Positions 14,657 through 31,394 of a DNA stretch of 64,000 bases are shown here, piece after piece. Location: contig OX597814.1 in NCBI GenBank assembly GCA_951406725.2, positions 148,490,001-148,554,000 on the forward strand, read 5' to 3'. Position 1 is the stretch's first letter. Each line of letters begins with the position of its first letter. The notes under the pieces were generated by a model that searched no databases, was not told the origin of the DNA, and saw only the letters and a list, made by a program, of their open reading frames with translations. Source of the stretch: Octopus vulgaris (lineage: Eukaryota). Position numbers and translations under genes: made by a program.

Positions 14657-15510
14657 TAAATTAATAACAACAACATAACGACATCAACAATAACAACAAC
14701 GGCGACTACAACAACTAGAGCAACAACAACAACAAGAAACGCAACAGCGACAGCAAGCCAGCATAAACACTAGCTTTACTACCTAGAGTAGCAACAACTA
14801 AGGCAGAAGTGAGTACAGTAGCAGAAGCAAATGCGAAAGCTAAATCAAAAACAACAGCAACAACAATTGCAACTACATCGACAATAATAACAAAAACAAT
14901 ACCATCGAGCGCAACCACAACAACAACAACAACAGCAACAACAATAATAAAAATGGCAGCTCTAGGAGCAAAAGCCATCGTAAAACCGGCAACAGTATCA
15001 AAATCAATGAATCTGCTGGTTTTTCATTTATTAATGTTTCACTTGACACGCCTGATGTATCATCTAACCGGGCGCTTTTCAGCTGAGAAGTTCAAGCCGG
15101 TGCCACTGCGCATGCGTTTATACACATTTGTACAATTATTGGTGTTTTATAGTTTTGCTTTATTTAGTTTTCTTTTCTGTCTTTCTATCGTTTTTTTCCT
15201 CCATATTTGTCTGTGTGCAAACATAGAGATATGATTAGCCAATAGTTGGTTGGATGGTTGGATAGTTCGTTTGTTGTATTTGTTATGTTTTCTTTTTTTA
15301 TGTACGTTTTCTTTGTTTTCTTCAATGAGTGTTTTGGTTTTAGGGTAAATAGTCTTGCATATGTCTGATTATATGTGCGCACGTTTTTCTTTTTTTATGT
15401 GTGTGAATGCGACGGTGTGCTTAGTAGAAGAGTGTATGTGTGTATGAAAGTGTTTATATATGTATGCATGTGCCAATGTGTGTTAGGGCAAGTGTGTCCA
15501 TAATTATGTA

Positions 15511-15578
<68 letters not shown>

Positions 15579-15593
15579 CTGTGTGTGTGTGTG

Positions 15594-15671
<78 letters not shown>

Positions 15672-16944
15672 GCGACCAGTGCTTGGAAATGGCGCATATT
15701 ATTAACAATAGCGGAAGTGTAATGTACGGTTTCAATTCCTCGGTTGAAATGTCCATGCACACCCCCCATCTACGTTTATCATTTTAAAGAAGACAGCAGA
15801 TGGTTGTATATAGGCATGAATATATGAATAGGAACCTATTCTGTTATCGAGTAGCTTTCTGCCATTTTGATATCAAATTTGAACACAAGGCAAAAGCATG
15901 ATTATAAATAAATATGGAATACGAATGTATTCAAGTATGCGTCATTCAACCAGAAGATTTACTATTAGAGAATTTCAACCCTATTATGATGAAGTAAACA
16001 CCTAACTTTAAAGATTATAATTCTAACACATGGCCTAATAATAAATTCGATCAACCGTCAAAATATATATTGAATCAACTAGTGTTGTGGAGATTATCAT
16101 TTGCTGATGTAAATCGGTGACACGATGGTAATGATAATTTTCCATGCTAAATATCACTATGGACTATTTCTATAGATTTTAGAGTGTTAAAAGTATGTCC
16201 TGTTTATACCAATTTCACAATGGAATAAAAGGTATAGATCAGCTAGACAGCACAATTTCAAACGTCATTATACTCCCATGTGCAATAGTTTACCTTACAT
16301 TAACAGTCACTTCGAAATTGTAATTCAAAGCTTTTGTTGCCCCCATCCCCTGTAACCAACTCAGCACTTGAAAAATACTTTGCACAGATTTAGCTTGTAG
16401 TTCTCCTACGTAAATTACTTATGTGTCTACATGTGTACATTTCTCACTGAAACTTACTTTGTGCTTGTATCTATAGGTTTTAGCCGCAAGTGCTTTCCTT
16501 GATTAAAGTATACTTGGTACATGAGACAGACTCAACCGACCGGCATTCCTCAATCTGGGCTGAAAAAGAGGTGTTGAATAGCTGACCATTCACGTATCAT
16601 TATGTTCCCATCTGCCGTTTATTAACCAACATTTTATGTTGATGTGAAAATGTATTTAAAACAACTGTTGTTATGGTTATAACTGCCTCAGATTCATTGC
16701 TAAATGTTTTACTGTTATATCTACTACATAGATGGCTGGCTTACCAGCAAAGCCTATTTCACATGCTGATAATTTTTATCGCGTATATACAAAGAATTTA
16801 ACTGTCACTCTCAACAGTGTAGCTGTGTAAAAGTGTTAAAAGTGTGGAATTGTGGTTTGTACCTGAGTTTGAATTAAATTACGAATACACACACAAACAC
16901 ACAAACATAGGTATATATATATATACATACATATATATTCTATT

Positions 16945-17160
16945 ATACTTTTATTCTTTTACTTGTTTCAGTCATTTAGCTGCGGCCATGCTGCATCACC
17001 GCATTTAGTCGAATGAATCAACCCTAGGGTATACACTTTGTGAGCATAGTACTCATTCTATTGGCTGATTTTGCCAAATCGGTAAGTTAAGGGGGCGTAA
17101 ATACACCAACATCGATTGTCAAGTGATTGTGCGAGGGGGGTGACAAACACAGACACATAA
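16945..17160 (-). mobile_element. SINE family B, 3' half
   Basis: ttcttttacttgtttcagtcatttagctgcggccatgctg matches the reverse complement of 27540-27600. Confidence 0.7.
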
Positions 17161-17242
17161 ATGCATATGTATATACATACATACACACGCACACACACAC
17201 ACACACACACCTATATGTATATGTATACATATATATATATGT

Positions 17243-17340
<98 letters not shown>

Positions 17341-17435
17341 TATCGTCTATGTGGATGAATTGTTGTCGCCTTTTGTATCACCTAGTTGTCCGGATGTTTT
17401 GCGTTATTGTCCTATTTTGTATTTTATTTTATACA

Positions 17436-17479
<44 letters not shown>

Positions 17480-17554
17480 TATGTATATTCTTATGTATAT
17501 ATATATATAACAAATATAACTTTAAAGATAACTATTCTAACATATGACCTGTTA

Positions 17555-17589
<35 letters not shown>

Positions 17590-17591
<2 letters not shown>

Positions 17592-17870
17592 ACTATCGAC
17601 ATTTTCGGCCAGTCAGACCGCTCGTACACTTGTGTGCAACTCCTCTCTATAGATGTTCTGCAACTTTGCATAGGCCATAACTTTGTCATGGTCAATCCGA
17701 CGTTCACATGTTACACACTTTCCTCAACAACGGACGTTAGCTAGAATGTTAAAACAAACTGCTCTTGCACAGCAGGGTTCAAGGTCAATCTGTGCCAAGC
17801 AGCTTCACTGTGTGTGCTCAAGGTTCGTTACTATGACGAGAGAATGCTTACTTCTTGACCATACCTCGTA
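17590..17870. mobile_element. Mariner-type terminal fragment
   Basis: Ends gcttcactgtgtgtgctcaaggttcgttactatgac...cctcgTA, related to the TIR of the element at 57723-58528. Confidence 0.5.
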
Positions 17871-18801
17871 TATATATATATATATATATATATCGCATAA
17901 TACTCTATATGCATAGTTTTATGTATATTTGTAAACATACACACACATACACACAAACGCAAACAGACACACACAAAACACAAACACACACACATACACA
18001 CGTGAGATGTATGTATATATACGGATAATTCTCTGTGCTTATTGTTCATACATTGGGGTATGCAGCAAATTAAAGATTGCATTAATTTTACTTTTACATC
18101 AATTTCATTACCATTTACATTTAATTTTCCTTCAGAGTTAATTATATAATAATATTAATTATGTAATTATCTGATTAATTCACAAAAATACAGAAGTGAA
18201 ATACAGCTAGTGTGCGTATTAGAATGTCGCAGCTAAAATACGTTATCTACTTCTCCACCGACTTCATATGAAGTGACTAGGAAAGGAAAAAAGCGTGTGT
18301 TTATGAGTGAGTCACCTTATTTAAATATGTGTACCTTTTATGTCTGTACGTATGCATGTATGTATGTATGTATGTATGTATGTATGTATGTATGTATGTA
18401 TGTATGTATGTATGTATGTATGTATGTATGTATGTATAAATGTATATAAGTATGTATGCATGTATGTATGAATGTATATGTAAATATGTAAATAATTATA
18501 TTCATAAGCAAAAACGCTAGTTCTAAAATCTCTCTAATATGTACATGTATATGTATATAAAATTGTACGTATATACATAAATATATGTATAATTTTTATT
18601 TACTACAGTTATTTGACAGAAACCATGCTAGAGCACAGCTTTAGTCAAAGAAATCAGCTGCAGAACTTATTTCTTGTAAGCTTAGCACCTATTCATTTGT
18701 TGTTAATACTTTTTTTCTGTTTTGAAAATATCAGCACATGTTTGCAACGGTTTCTCGTATGAGACTGACGAACGAAGTTGAGTATAACCCTCGGCGATAA
18801 A

Positions 18802-18857
18802 AGCCACTGATGAGAATTAAGTTGGTCTACACTAAAATTCAAAATCGCGATACGGCT
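18802..18857 (+). ncRNA. Type I hammerhead ribozyme, probably inactivated
   Basis: agcca CTGATGA gaatt-[17 nt]-aattc AAAA tcgcga TA cggct. GAAA is changed to AAAA and there is one stem I change; both fit CpG decay. Stem III is palindromic. Confidence 0.65.
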
Positions 18858-19044
18858 ATATATGCAAGAGACTTACTTCCCTATGTCAGTCACTAAGTAT
18901 AGTGCTTTAGAGGCTTTGGAGTTAATTAAACACTTTTTTTAGCATAAACGGTGCTTGTCAGCACTCTCTGTCACTTTTGTGATCTCTATCAATGTTGCCA
19001 TTCGGTTCTAATTTCTAATAAGCCATCGTTTTAATTCCTTAATT

Positions 19045-19097
<53 letters not shown>

Positions 19098-19099
<2 letters not shown>

Positions 19100-19254
19100 C
19101 AGGCTTCTTTCACTTTCCATCTACCAAATCTACTCACAAGTCTTTTATCGGTCCGGGGTTATAGTACAAGAAACTTGCTCAAAGTGATATGCAGTGGGAT
19201 TGAAACCGGAATTATATGGTTGGGAAGCAAGATTCATACCACATAGCCACGCCT
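19098..19254 (-). mobile_element. SINE family B, 5' tRNA-like head
   Basis: Reverse complement matches 27131-27283 (ggcgtggctatgtggta...cttcccaaccat...ggtttcaatcccact). Confidence 0.7.
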
Positions 19255-19354
19255 CAATTTTCAACCGGCATCGCAAATAGACAGGGCACAGAAACAAATT
19301 GTAACTTATAAATATATGTGAAAGAATTTTTCTTGGTCTTCTCCTTTTCAGTGT

Positions 19355-19418
<64 letters not shown>

Positions 19419-20023
19419 GTATATATATATAGATGTACATATGTTTGTATGTATGTATGTATGTATGTATGTATGTATGTATGTATGTATGTATGCATGT
19501 ATGTATAATATAATGCTGGTGAATATATGTGTTCTATAAGGTGAGTATTTACATTGGTAATATGTGCGTATTACATCTTATGGCTTTTGCGATATCGCAT
19601 TGCAAATGCATTAGTATGTGAGAAAAGTGGTGTCTAAATGGATATTGCAGGATCCTGTAATCTGTTCAGATAAACATCAAATGTTAATGGTAATAACAAT
19701 GGTTATGATGGCAACCGTTATAACAACTACGATTCATAGAACAGCGAATTTGAGTATAGAGTAACGATGATGGCGATGAAGTTGATGCCGATGGCAAAAT
19801 TCGACAAACATTATTAAAGCGGGCCAAATGGTTAGAAGGATATCTATCAGCTCTTTATTTCTGAATTGAAATGTCACCAATGTCAGCCATTCGGGGCCGA
19901 TGAAAGTGTAGGTGAAGTATTGAGGTGGCTGTAATCGTCTTATGAACTACTTGCTAAAATTAATACTCATCTGGCCACATTTGAAACTAACCTCATCATC
20001 ATTATCTTCACCATGATCATCAT

Positions 20024-20054
<31 letters not shown>

Positions 20055-20132
20055 AGCATCAACATCGTCATCGGCATCGTTGCCATCGTCCCCAGGATCC
20101 TTACTACTACTATCTTATTTTTATACTTCTGC

Positions 20133-20192
<60 letters not shown>

Positions 20193-20197
<5 letters not shown>

Positions 20198-20648
20198 TAG
20201 TTTTATTTTTATAGCGTGCTTTCACTTCACTACCGAGCGCAGCTCTGTGTGCCTTGGTTATGTGCTGTGATTTGTTGTGATGCTCTGATGGTTATTGTAT
20301 GGAAAGTGTTCTGCGTAGGATGTGTGCAGTGCCTAGTAGTGCAATTTTCTGTATGCTATATGTGTTTGTAAGTCCTGGTGTTTTCTTATATATTTGTCTG
20401 AATATTTTTTATCATGCCTAATGCACCTACTATGATAGGAATTGTTTCTGTTTTCAGATTCCACATTCTAGTTACCTCTATTTCCAGGTCTTTGTATTTT
20501 GAGAGTTTCTCCATTTCTTTTAGAGACACGTTGTCATCTGCCGGTATTGATACATCAATTAGAAAGTATTTTTTCTTTATGATCTCTGACAACTATATCT
20601 GGTCTGTTGGCCTTAATTTCTCTATCTGTGTGTATCGGCATATCCCAG

Positions 20649-20650
<2 letters not shown>
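20193..20650 (-). mobile_element. 5'-truncated R4/Dong-like retrotransposon (RLE domain plus 3' UTR) inserted in (TAA)n
   Basis: LWDMPIHTDREIKANRPDIVVRDHK / LIDVSIPADDNVSLKEMEKLSKYKDLEIEVTRMWNLKTETIPIIVGALG (PD..D endonuclease motif); (TTA)n on both sides. Confidence 0.85.
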
Positions 20651-20730
<80 letters not shown>

Positions 20731-20733
<3 letters not shown>

Positions 20734-21316
20734 GTTTGGCTTTTACTTTGTGTTTGTACAAGTTGACTCTAAGTCTCCCCCAGAGACCTCAAGAGATAGC
20801 AAGTTAGAAAATCAAGTTGTTGTTATGACTAGGGTGCCATACATTTGATTTTGAACAGAGTATTGTTCTAGAGAATGTCTGTCAAAAGAACTAAATTACA
20901 AGTTCCTTTGAAAAATAATTTGATAATAAGATGATAGTGTGATGTCAAAATAGCATTAGATATTGTTTGCTATTCGGTAAATTTAAATGTATTTTAACAC
21001 TGTTTATAAACTAAAATATTTGGGTGATTACATAGATAATATTTTGCGTAGGTCATGAACAGTTTTCATAGGCACTAGTTTCTTTTAATTTCTCCCATTT
21101 CTGGATTTCCTGCTATCTGAGCTAAGTAGCAATCACCACGCTTTTTCTATCATTCCTAGGACACCTATGGCAACAGGTATTGTTTTAGTATTGACATTCC
21201 ACATTTTGCCAATTTCTGTTTCAGGATGAAAATACTTTTGGTTGTTCTTGACAGGTACATTTATGGCGATTGGAATAGTTATATCGATGAGGAGGCATGA
21301 TTTTTGTCTGATAAAT
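20731..21316 (-). mobile_element. 5'-truncated R4/Dong-like copy 2
   Basis: CLLIDITIPIAINVPVK...EIGKMWNVNTKTIPVAIGVLGMI; 3' UTR 20731-20850 is homologous to 21333-21450. Confidence 0.8.
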
Positions 21317-21332
21317 ATTATTATTATTATAT

Positions 21333-21860
21333 TTTGGAGTTTCGCTTTGTATTTGTACAAGTTGGCTTCAAGTCTCACTCAAAAACCTCAAAAGACTACA
21401 AGTTAGAAGTTCATACTGGTGTTATGCCTAGGGTCTCACACATTTGGTTTTGCACATAGTATTGTAGGATATTGGCAGTTCCCATGAGCACAATCTTTTG
21501 AGTGTCTGCCAGTTTGGGGGTTTCCTGGTAGTTGAACTAGGTGGCAATCAGCACCTTTTGCTATCATTCCTAGGGCACATATTACAAGACATATTGTTTT
21601 AGTCTTGATGTTCCACATTTTGCAAATTTCTATTTCAAGTTCTTTATAATTACTCATTTTTGGTATGTCTTGACAGATACATTTATGTCGGTTGGGACAG
21701 TCATATCAATAAGGAGGCATGATTTAAGGTCTGAAGTCTTTCAATATAATGTCGCATCTATCTTTTTGTCAGTTTGAATGGTGAAGTTCCAGGGGAGTGA
21801 AATTTGATCATTTTCAAGCACTGGTGGTGGTTTGTCTTCCCACCAGTTTTTATCTTAGGG
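21333..21860 (-). mobile_element. 5'-truncated R4/Dong-like copy 3
   Basis: YKELEIEICKMWNIKTKTICLVICALGMIAKG; upstream WEDKPPPVLENDQISLPWNFTIQTDK; bounded by (TTA)n. Confidence 0.8.
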
Positions 21861-21894
21861 CAGATCTAGATTATTATTAATATTATTATTATTA

Positions 21895-21982
<88 letters not shown>

Positions 21983-21993
21983 CGTTGTCGTTA

Positions 21994-22045
<52 letters not shown>

Positions 22046-22091
22046 CATTATTATTGCTGTTGTTGTTGTTGTTATTGTTGTTGTTGTTGTT

Positions 22092-22193
<102 letters not shown>

Positions 22194-22385
22194 TGGCAGA
22201 ATCGTTAGCACGCCGGGCGAAATGCTTAGAGTATTTCGTGTGTTGCTACGTTCTGAGTTCAAATTCTGCAGATGTCGACTTTGCCTTTCATCTTTTCGAA
22301 TTCGACGAATAAAAGTACCAGCGAAACACTGAGGTCGCTGTAATCGACTTACCTCATCCCACCAAGTTTTAGGCTTTTTGCCTCC
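22194..22385 (+). mobile_element. SINE family A
   Basis: ggcagaatcgttagcacgccgggcgaaatgcttag...gagttcaaattc...gcctttcatc...aagtaccag, as at 31168. Confidence 0.75.
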
Positions 22386-22399
22386 ACCTGAAGGGGTTG

Positions 22400-24960
<2,561 letters not shown>

Positions 24961-25784
24961 CAGCATCATTATCTTCATCATCATCATCACTAACAAAAAA
25001 TGCAACGACAAAAATTTTACACAACTATAATTAGCAAAAACACCAAGAGAGGAACCCTCTATCGATTATATTGCGCAACAACAATATTAATCTACGTTTT
25101 TCTATATCGTGATTTTTATTTTGCTAGCTGGTCATTAATGTATTTTTTCGTTCTTTTAGAGCACAAAGAAATATAGTTAATTATGTTTATCTCTCGTTCT
25201 TTATCCAACTTCTTCTTCCTCGTTTTTTTTGTTTGTTCGTTTTTTTTTTTTACTTTTTGTCATTTTCTCCTGCTACGTATATGAAGAGCCGAAGTGACAT
25301 TGAGAACGAACTCGCGAAAGAGGGGAAAGAGATAGAAAAAGATGACTATTAGTAGTATTGGCCAACCAATAATTATGTACATGGAATAGTTGGACCCTCA
25401 AGAGACAGAAGGGAAACCTACTCCAAATTACACCCTATTGTGCTAGGAAAAGGAATGGGGCAAAGAGTAAAATGCATTCAATATCTTACAATATCTTGCA
25501 GCGGCTACAATATTGCCATGACTCATGACATTTTCCAATATATTTCTACAGAAGTTCTTTGAAGTTTTCTTTTTGAGAACTGTAGTAATTGATTGTGACA
25601 CCACAAAGATGCAGCGATATTATGAGAGTTTTCTTTAATATATCAGTCCATGCGTCTCTCTAATAGTAGCAAGCAGAGATGATGGCGTTAGTGTTTCCAG
25701 GGGGACTTGAAATATGTATAATTAATTTTGAGATATATATCACTTAAAACCTCAACATAACCCAAGGCTATGTGGAGGAATATT

Positions 25785-26040
<256 letters not shown>

Positions 26041-26840
26041 GGAAAAATTTATCAATAGTTATGTAACAATCTGGGAAAGAAGTACTCAGTACAAACTTAT
26101 GCTAAAGTAGTTTACTTAGCTACTTCAGTAGCATTTTTGTTCTTATATCCCTCGGCACACATTTCTGCTGACAAAAGCAATAAGAATAAAAGAAAGAAAA
26201 CAAAAGAGAAAAGAACTACAGGATACAGAGGTATAACTAAATGAAACAACGGCATTAGGTCAAGACCGCTGTAAAACAAACTCAGTAACCCATACACGCA
26301 CACACAAACACACACTCATACGCACGCGCGCGCACTTACACGCAGAGAAATACATAGACACACTGTGTGTCTTTGTGCTTGCTTTTGCCCTACTCTCACC
26401 GCTTTGCAACTGGTGCTGGTGAGTTTACGTCCACGGAACCTACGGTTTCGGCCAAAGTGTCTGTTTACATGATTTCCAGGCTTTGAAAAGATAGATAATG
26501 GTGTCGATACACTAGGCTAAAATTTCTTTGAGCCAGTGCTACAGCATGGCCGCAGCCATAATGACTAAAATAAAAAAAAGATAAAGGTAAGAAAAATATA
26601 CATATATACAGAAATACAGAAATATATAGAAACATATACGTGTGTGTGTGTGCGTGTATGTGTGTATGTATGTATTTATGTATATATGTATATTTTCTTA
26701 CCATTTATTAGCACTGGCTGAAATAAATTTTACTCGAATGTATCGATACCAGTACTTAACTTTTTAAAGGCTGGAACTCAAGTAAACTACTTCAACATAA
26801 GAGTTACTTCCCTTATATTTAATGGGTTTTCGTAGCGTAT

Positions 26841-26919
26841 GTTGCCATTAATAGCTGACGAGAATGTATCGTTGCTCATCACTGCTGCATTCGAAACTGC
26901 GAGTAGTATAATGACAGCA
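26841..26919 (+). ncRNA. Type I hammerhead ribozyme
   Basis: gttgccattaatag CTGACGA gaatgta-[17 nt]-tgcattc GAAA ctgcgag TA gtataatgacagc: intact core, 7-bp stem II, extended imperfect stem I whose first pair is a G-G mismatch. Confidence 0.75.
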
Positions 26920-27021
26920 GTTTATTATTTGATCTAATTTATAACATATATAAATAATCTTCTACTTCACTAATAACGTGGTATCATACTTTTGTTGTTA
27001 TATACTATTATTATTATTATT

Positions 27022-27066
<45 letters not shown>

Positions 27067-27130
27067 GGTGGTAGTGGTGGTGTTGTTATAATCATTATTG
27101 TTATTATTATTATGTGATATATGTAATGTT

Positions 27131-27284
27131 GCAGGAGTGGCTATGGGGCAAGTAGTTGGCTTCCCAACCACATAGTTCCGAGTTCAGTCCCACTAAGTGG
27201 CATATTGGGAAAGAGTCTTCTACTATAGCCTCGAACCGACCAAAGCCTTGTGAGCGGATATCGTGGACAGAAACTGAAAGGATC

Positions 27285-27365
<81 letters not shown>

Positions 27366-27605
27366 TATATGTATGTATGTATGAATATATGTATGCAATT
27401 TGTGTCTGAGATTCTCATCCCAACCTTGCTTGACAACAGAAGTTGGTGTCTTACGTCCCCATAACATAACAGCTCGGGAAAAGAAGCCCACAGAATAAGT
27501 ACTACGCTTACAGAGAATAAGTCCTGGGCTCAATTTGTTCGACTAAAGGTGGTGCTCCAGCATGGACGCAGTCGAAAGACTGAAACAATTAAAAGAATAA
27601 AGGAA
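27131..27605 (+). mobile_element. Full-length SINE family B (tRNA-like head, internal (TA)n, conserved tail)
   Basis: A/B-box-like head (gtggctatggggc...gagttcagtccc), a microsatellite at 27286-27395, and a tail ending gactgaaacaattaaaagaataa. Halves recur at 4660, 16945, 19098, 26370, 47625 and 47949. Confidence 0.75.
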
Positions 27606-28314
27606 TCTAAATCTAAATTGCTAATCGTTTATTTCTACAGTAACGGAGAAACTTTTCAAGGTCAAAAGTGATTTGACACGGGCAGGCATATCCGTGTATA
27701 TGCGCATATATAAGGACACGTAACGTATGCTAACATCCTTCCCTATAATATATAACGCCACCTTGATAAGTAAGTGTGTGAAGTATTCGCAAGTGGGAAG
27801 TAAGTTGTGATCGAGGATGTTACTTTCCCTCTTCTCAAGTTTCATCATGTAAACTACACGATTTGATCTTATTCAAGCAGTGATTTGTAGATTATAACTG
27901 TTTTATGGATACGGTCTTTAGTAGAATATGTAACAATTAGTGAGCTTTTCGAATCTTAAGAGTGGAACGACTCATGGATATAACACCTCACACCATTAAT
28001 TCCGAAATTCTTATTTCTAATAACAATGAGAGCAATATTGGCATAATACTTTTTCTGGAGATCGAGAAAAAGAACTAGTCTAACGTGGTGTATTGGTTAA
28101 CTATTGGGAATTGAGAAGGATAGGCAATCACACGAATAAATATTAATTTGTATGAATTGAGCAGCCATGCCTCCATGAACAACTGCAAGCTGTTGTGAAC
28201 TACTTTTGCCCCAGCTTCAGGGAACATTGGCAGATGCATGCTCAATTCAGCCCTGTGAAATTATACTGTAAATAAGTCCAATGTCGCACTCTTTTGCAGA
28301 AAATTTTTGGCGAG

Positions 28315-28486
28315 CAGGGCAGTCGATTAGATCGACCCCAGTACGCAACCGGTACTTAATTTAACGACCTCGAAAGGATTAAAAGCAAAGTCAACCGCGG
28401 CGGAATTTGAACTCATAACGTAAAGAGGCACTAAATATCGCTAAAAATTTCGCCCGACGTACTAACGTTTCTGTCAGCTCACCGTC
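28315..28486 (-). mobile_element. SINE family A
   Basis: Reverse complement of 31168-31330 (gcggaatttgaactc, ggtacttaattta, aacgtttctgtcagctc). Confidence 0.75.
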
Positions 28487-28795
28487 TTCTGCGCAAAAAC
28501 ATTGGGCATAAATATACACACCCTCTGGTATACGTCAATGAAAGTCTAAACTAATTCTCATATACAGACATACGCACAACTATACATACATGCATACATA
28601 TATATATATGTATATATAGATACATATATATATATATATGTATTTATATATGTATATATATTGGCCAGCGGGCTGGCGTCATTCAAAAGGCTAAAACAAT
28701 GCGAACGCATTGTGACCAGCGATGTGTAGCAACATCTGATGATCTGGTGGGTCACGTGATCACGTGATATATATATATATATATGCGTGCGTATA

Positions 28796-28843
<48 letters not shown>

Positions 28844-29134
28844 TATATCGAAGGCAATCACAAAGCTAATTGGGACTCATTACTTAGCATATAAGTGATT
28901 CTGGCATGCGTGACGCAGGCTTCCTCAGACTTGCTAGCCTCAGTTGGAGCTTCTCTCTCTCTCTCCCTCTCTCCCTCTCTCTCTTTCTCTCTCCCACTCT
29001 CTCTCTCTCTCTCTCTACTTAACTATATATCTATCTATTCCTGTGTATAATCGATGTACCTGATAGGACCCAGACTGATGGGTTGAAACATATGCTGTTC
29101 ACAATAAAGTTTTAATACCGAATATATCTCCTGC

Positions 29135-29187
<53 letters not shown>

Positions 29188-30644
29188 GCACATAGCACTG
29201 TATACTTGCACAAATACATCAATATTTCAGTCAATCGATTATTTCTCAGCAAACATTCTACTGATCCTGTTGTATTTAATTTTTAAACTAGGGCACCTAT
29301 TTTTCTTAGAAGCACTTCTGCTTCGTTTCCTTCGCAACCACTTGAAAATACTGGCTTTTTATTAATAGAACTTCCATGACAAACCACAAGAAGTAACTGC
29401 TGGCATCTCTTCAAGTCTTAAACAAAAACACTAGTGAATGAAATTCTAATAATCTTCCATTAAATATGAATGAATGAATTGTATTTTTGCTGTTTTTTAT
29501 GTGTTTATTTTCGTGGCTGATATTTAATGTTGGCAATTCTGGTAGAATAGTAATAATTTTGCTGTCTTCTTTGTTTGGTCTCAGAGCAGCTCTTATAATT
29601 ACTTGTATGAACGAAAATTATTTCAGCTTTGGCCATCTCATCATATTTAGCGTATCTAGACAGAAATCAAGTTCGCCCGCTTTTTTAAGACAGCGGTATA
29701 TAATTGAAGATGTGGTAGATACATCTAGGAAGTAGGGCAGCCATATAGAATTTTGTCGCATTTACTCAGCTCTATCTATACTGAATTATAATAATTTTTT
29801 TCCAACCATGACCATCGCATTCATTTTGGAATATTCTATATCCAAAGCTAGTCAAAACTACATTATCCAGTCAGCTTCCTTTTTTTAAGAGTGCAGTGTA
29901 TTATTGTGGGCAAACTTCCCGCCACCCCTTGCAGGTCGAACGATCACGCCCAGGCGCTATTGTTGGTTTCATTAGAGTTAGTTGCCTTACTGTTAGTAAT
30001 TCTGGTTGATTTAAAGCTTACTACAATATGAAATTTGTTATTCATAGTTATATTGTTTTAGTTGTTACAGATTCTATTTGCTTTAAGGTTTATTATGACT
30101 ATATGAAATTTATTTCGTAATTATTATTATTAGTTATATTATTGCTCGTTGGTATGATACGGCTATTTGCGTGGTTGTGATCGTTTTAATGAAGATGTAA
30201 TGAGAGTTGCAATCTAATTGACATCTTCGTTTTTGTTTAAATTATCGTGAGCATATTTAATGGAGTGACCATTAAATAACTAATTAAAAATAATTATGTG
30301 GTTAAGAAAACACAAATATTATCACTAAATGACTAACATTTTAATTATTTTGGCAAATATGGAGAACTACCGAATTTTTCGGTATTTTTACGATCTCGCC
30401 GTAGAAGCATATGTTAGCATTCTTGCTGTAGAAAACATACAAGATTGTACACTGGTGGCGTAAAACATGTAGCAACGTTTTCAGGATCAGTCTTACTCTG
30501 AATCGTTGTTGTTATTATTTCCGACATAATTACCCCTGCTGTATTTATGTTAGATATTTTCATCTTAGTGTCATAATGATTACGCGAATTTAGTCGCAGT
30601 TTCAAAATATTATAGTTGCTACGGTAGTTCATATTGATAGTAGG

Positions 30645-30848
30645 TTTCAAATTTTGGCACAAGGCCAGCAATATGAGGGAGAGTTAAGTCGATTTCATCG
30701 ACGCCAGTATTTATCGGCTGCTTACATTAGCGACTCTGAAAGTATGAAAGGTAAAGTAGAACTCGACGGAATTGCAACTCAGACAATAAAGACGGGCGAA
30801 ATGCCGCTGTGTTTGCTGGACATGCTAAAGATTCTGCCAAAACGCCGA
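30645..30848 (-). mobile_element. SINE family A, degenerate copy
   Basis: gacggaattgcaactcaga...gacgggcgaaatgccgct...gattctgcca is similar to the reverse complement of 31168. Confidence 0.6.
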
Positions 30849-31167
30849 TATTTTGATATTGATTGATAGGTACAGAGTTGCTCTGAAGTAGGACAATTAT
30901 CAATGCCGTTACACCTGTAAGGAACCAGACTTTTATACTTATATATTCTATATTAAAGACATCAACTACTAGTGCCCGCCAATAGCTAAATATTATAATG
31001 AATTTTGCATGAAAATCTTTCTGGTAGAGTGATGTTGTTGAGACCTTATTAGCGATTCACAATTTGTTGCTTGTGATGGCACGATAGGAAATAATATGGA
31101 AAATACTGACAACATCAGTGATGACGTCGATGTTGATTGTGGCAGTGGATGTCATGTTGTTATTAGT

Positions 31168-31394
31168 GGCAAGCTGGCAGAAACGTTAGCACGCCGGGCG
31201 AAATGCTTAGCGGTATTTCGTCTGCCGTTACGTTCTGAGTTCAAATTCCGCCGCGGTCAACTTTGCCTCTCATCCTTTCGGGGTCGATTAAATAAGTACC
31301 AGTTACGCACTGGGGTTGATATAATCGACTTAATCCGTTTGGCTGTCCTTGTCTGTCCTCCCTGTATTTAGCCCCTTGTGGGCAGTAAAGAAAC
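31168..31394 (+). mobile_element. tRNA-derived SINE family A (best copy)
   Basis: A-box-like gctggcagaaacgttag, B-box gagttcaaattcc, and central gcctctcatcctttcggggtcgattaaataagtaccag resembling conserved metazoan SINE central domains; at least 6 copies in the window. Confidence 0.8.
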
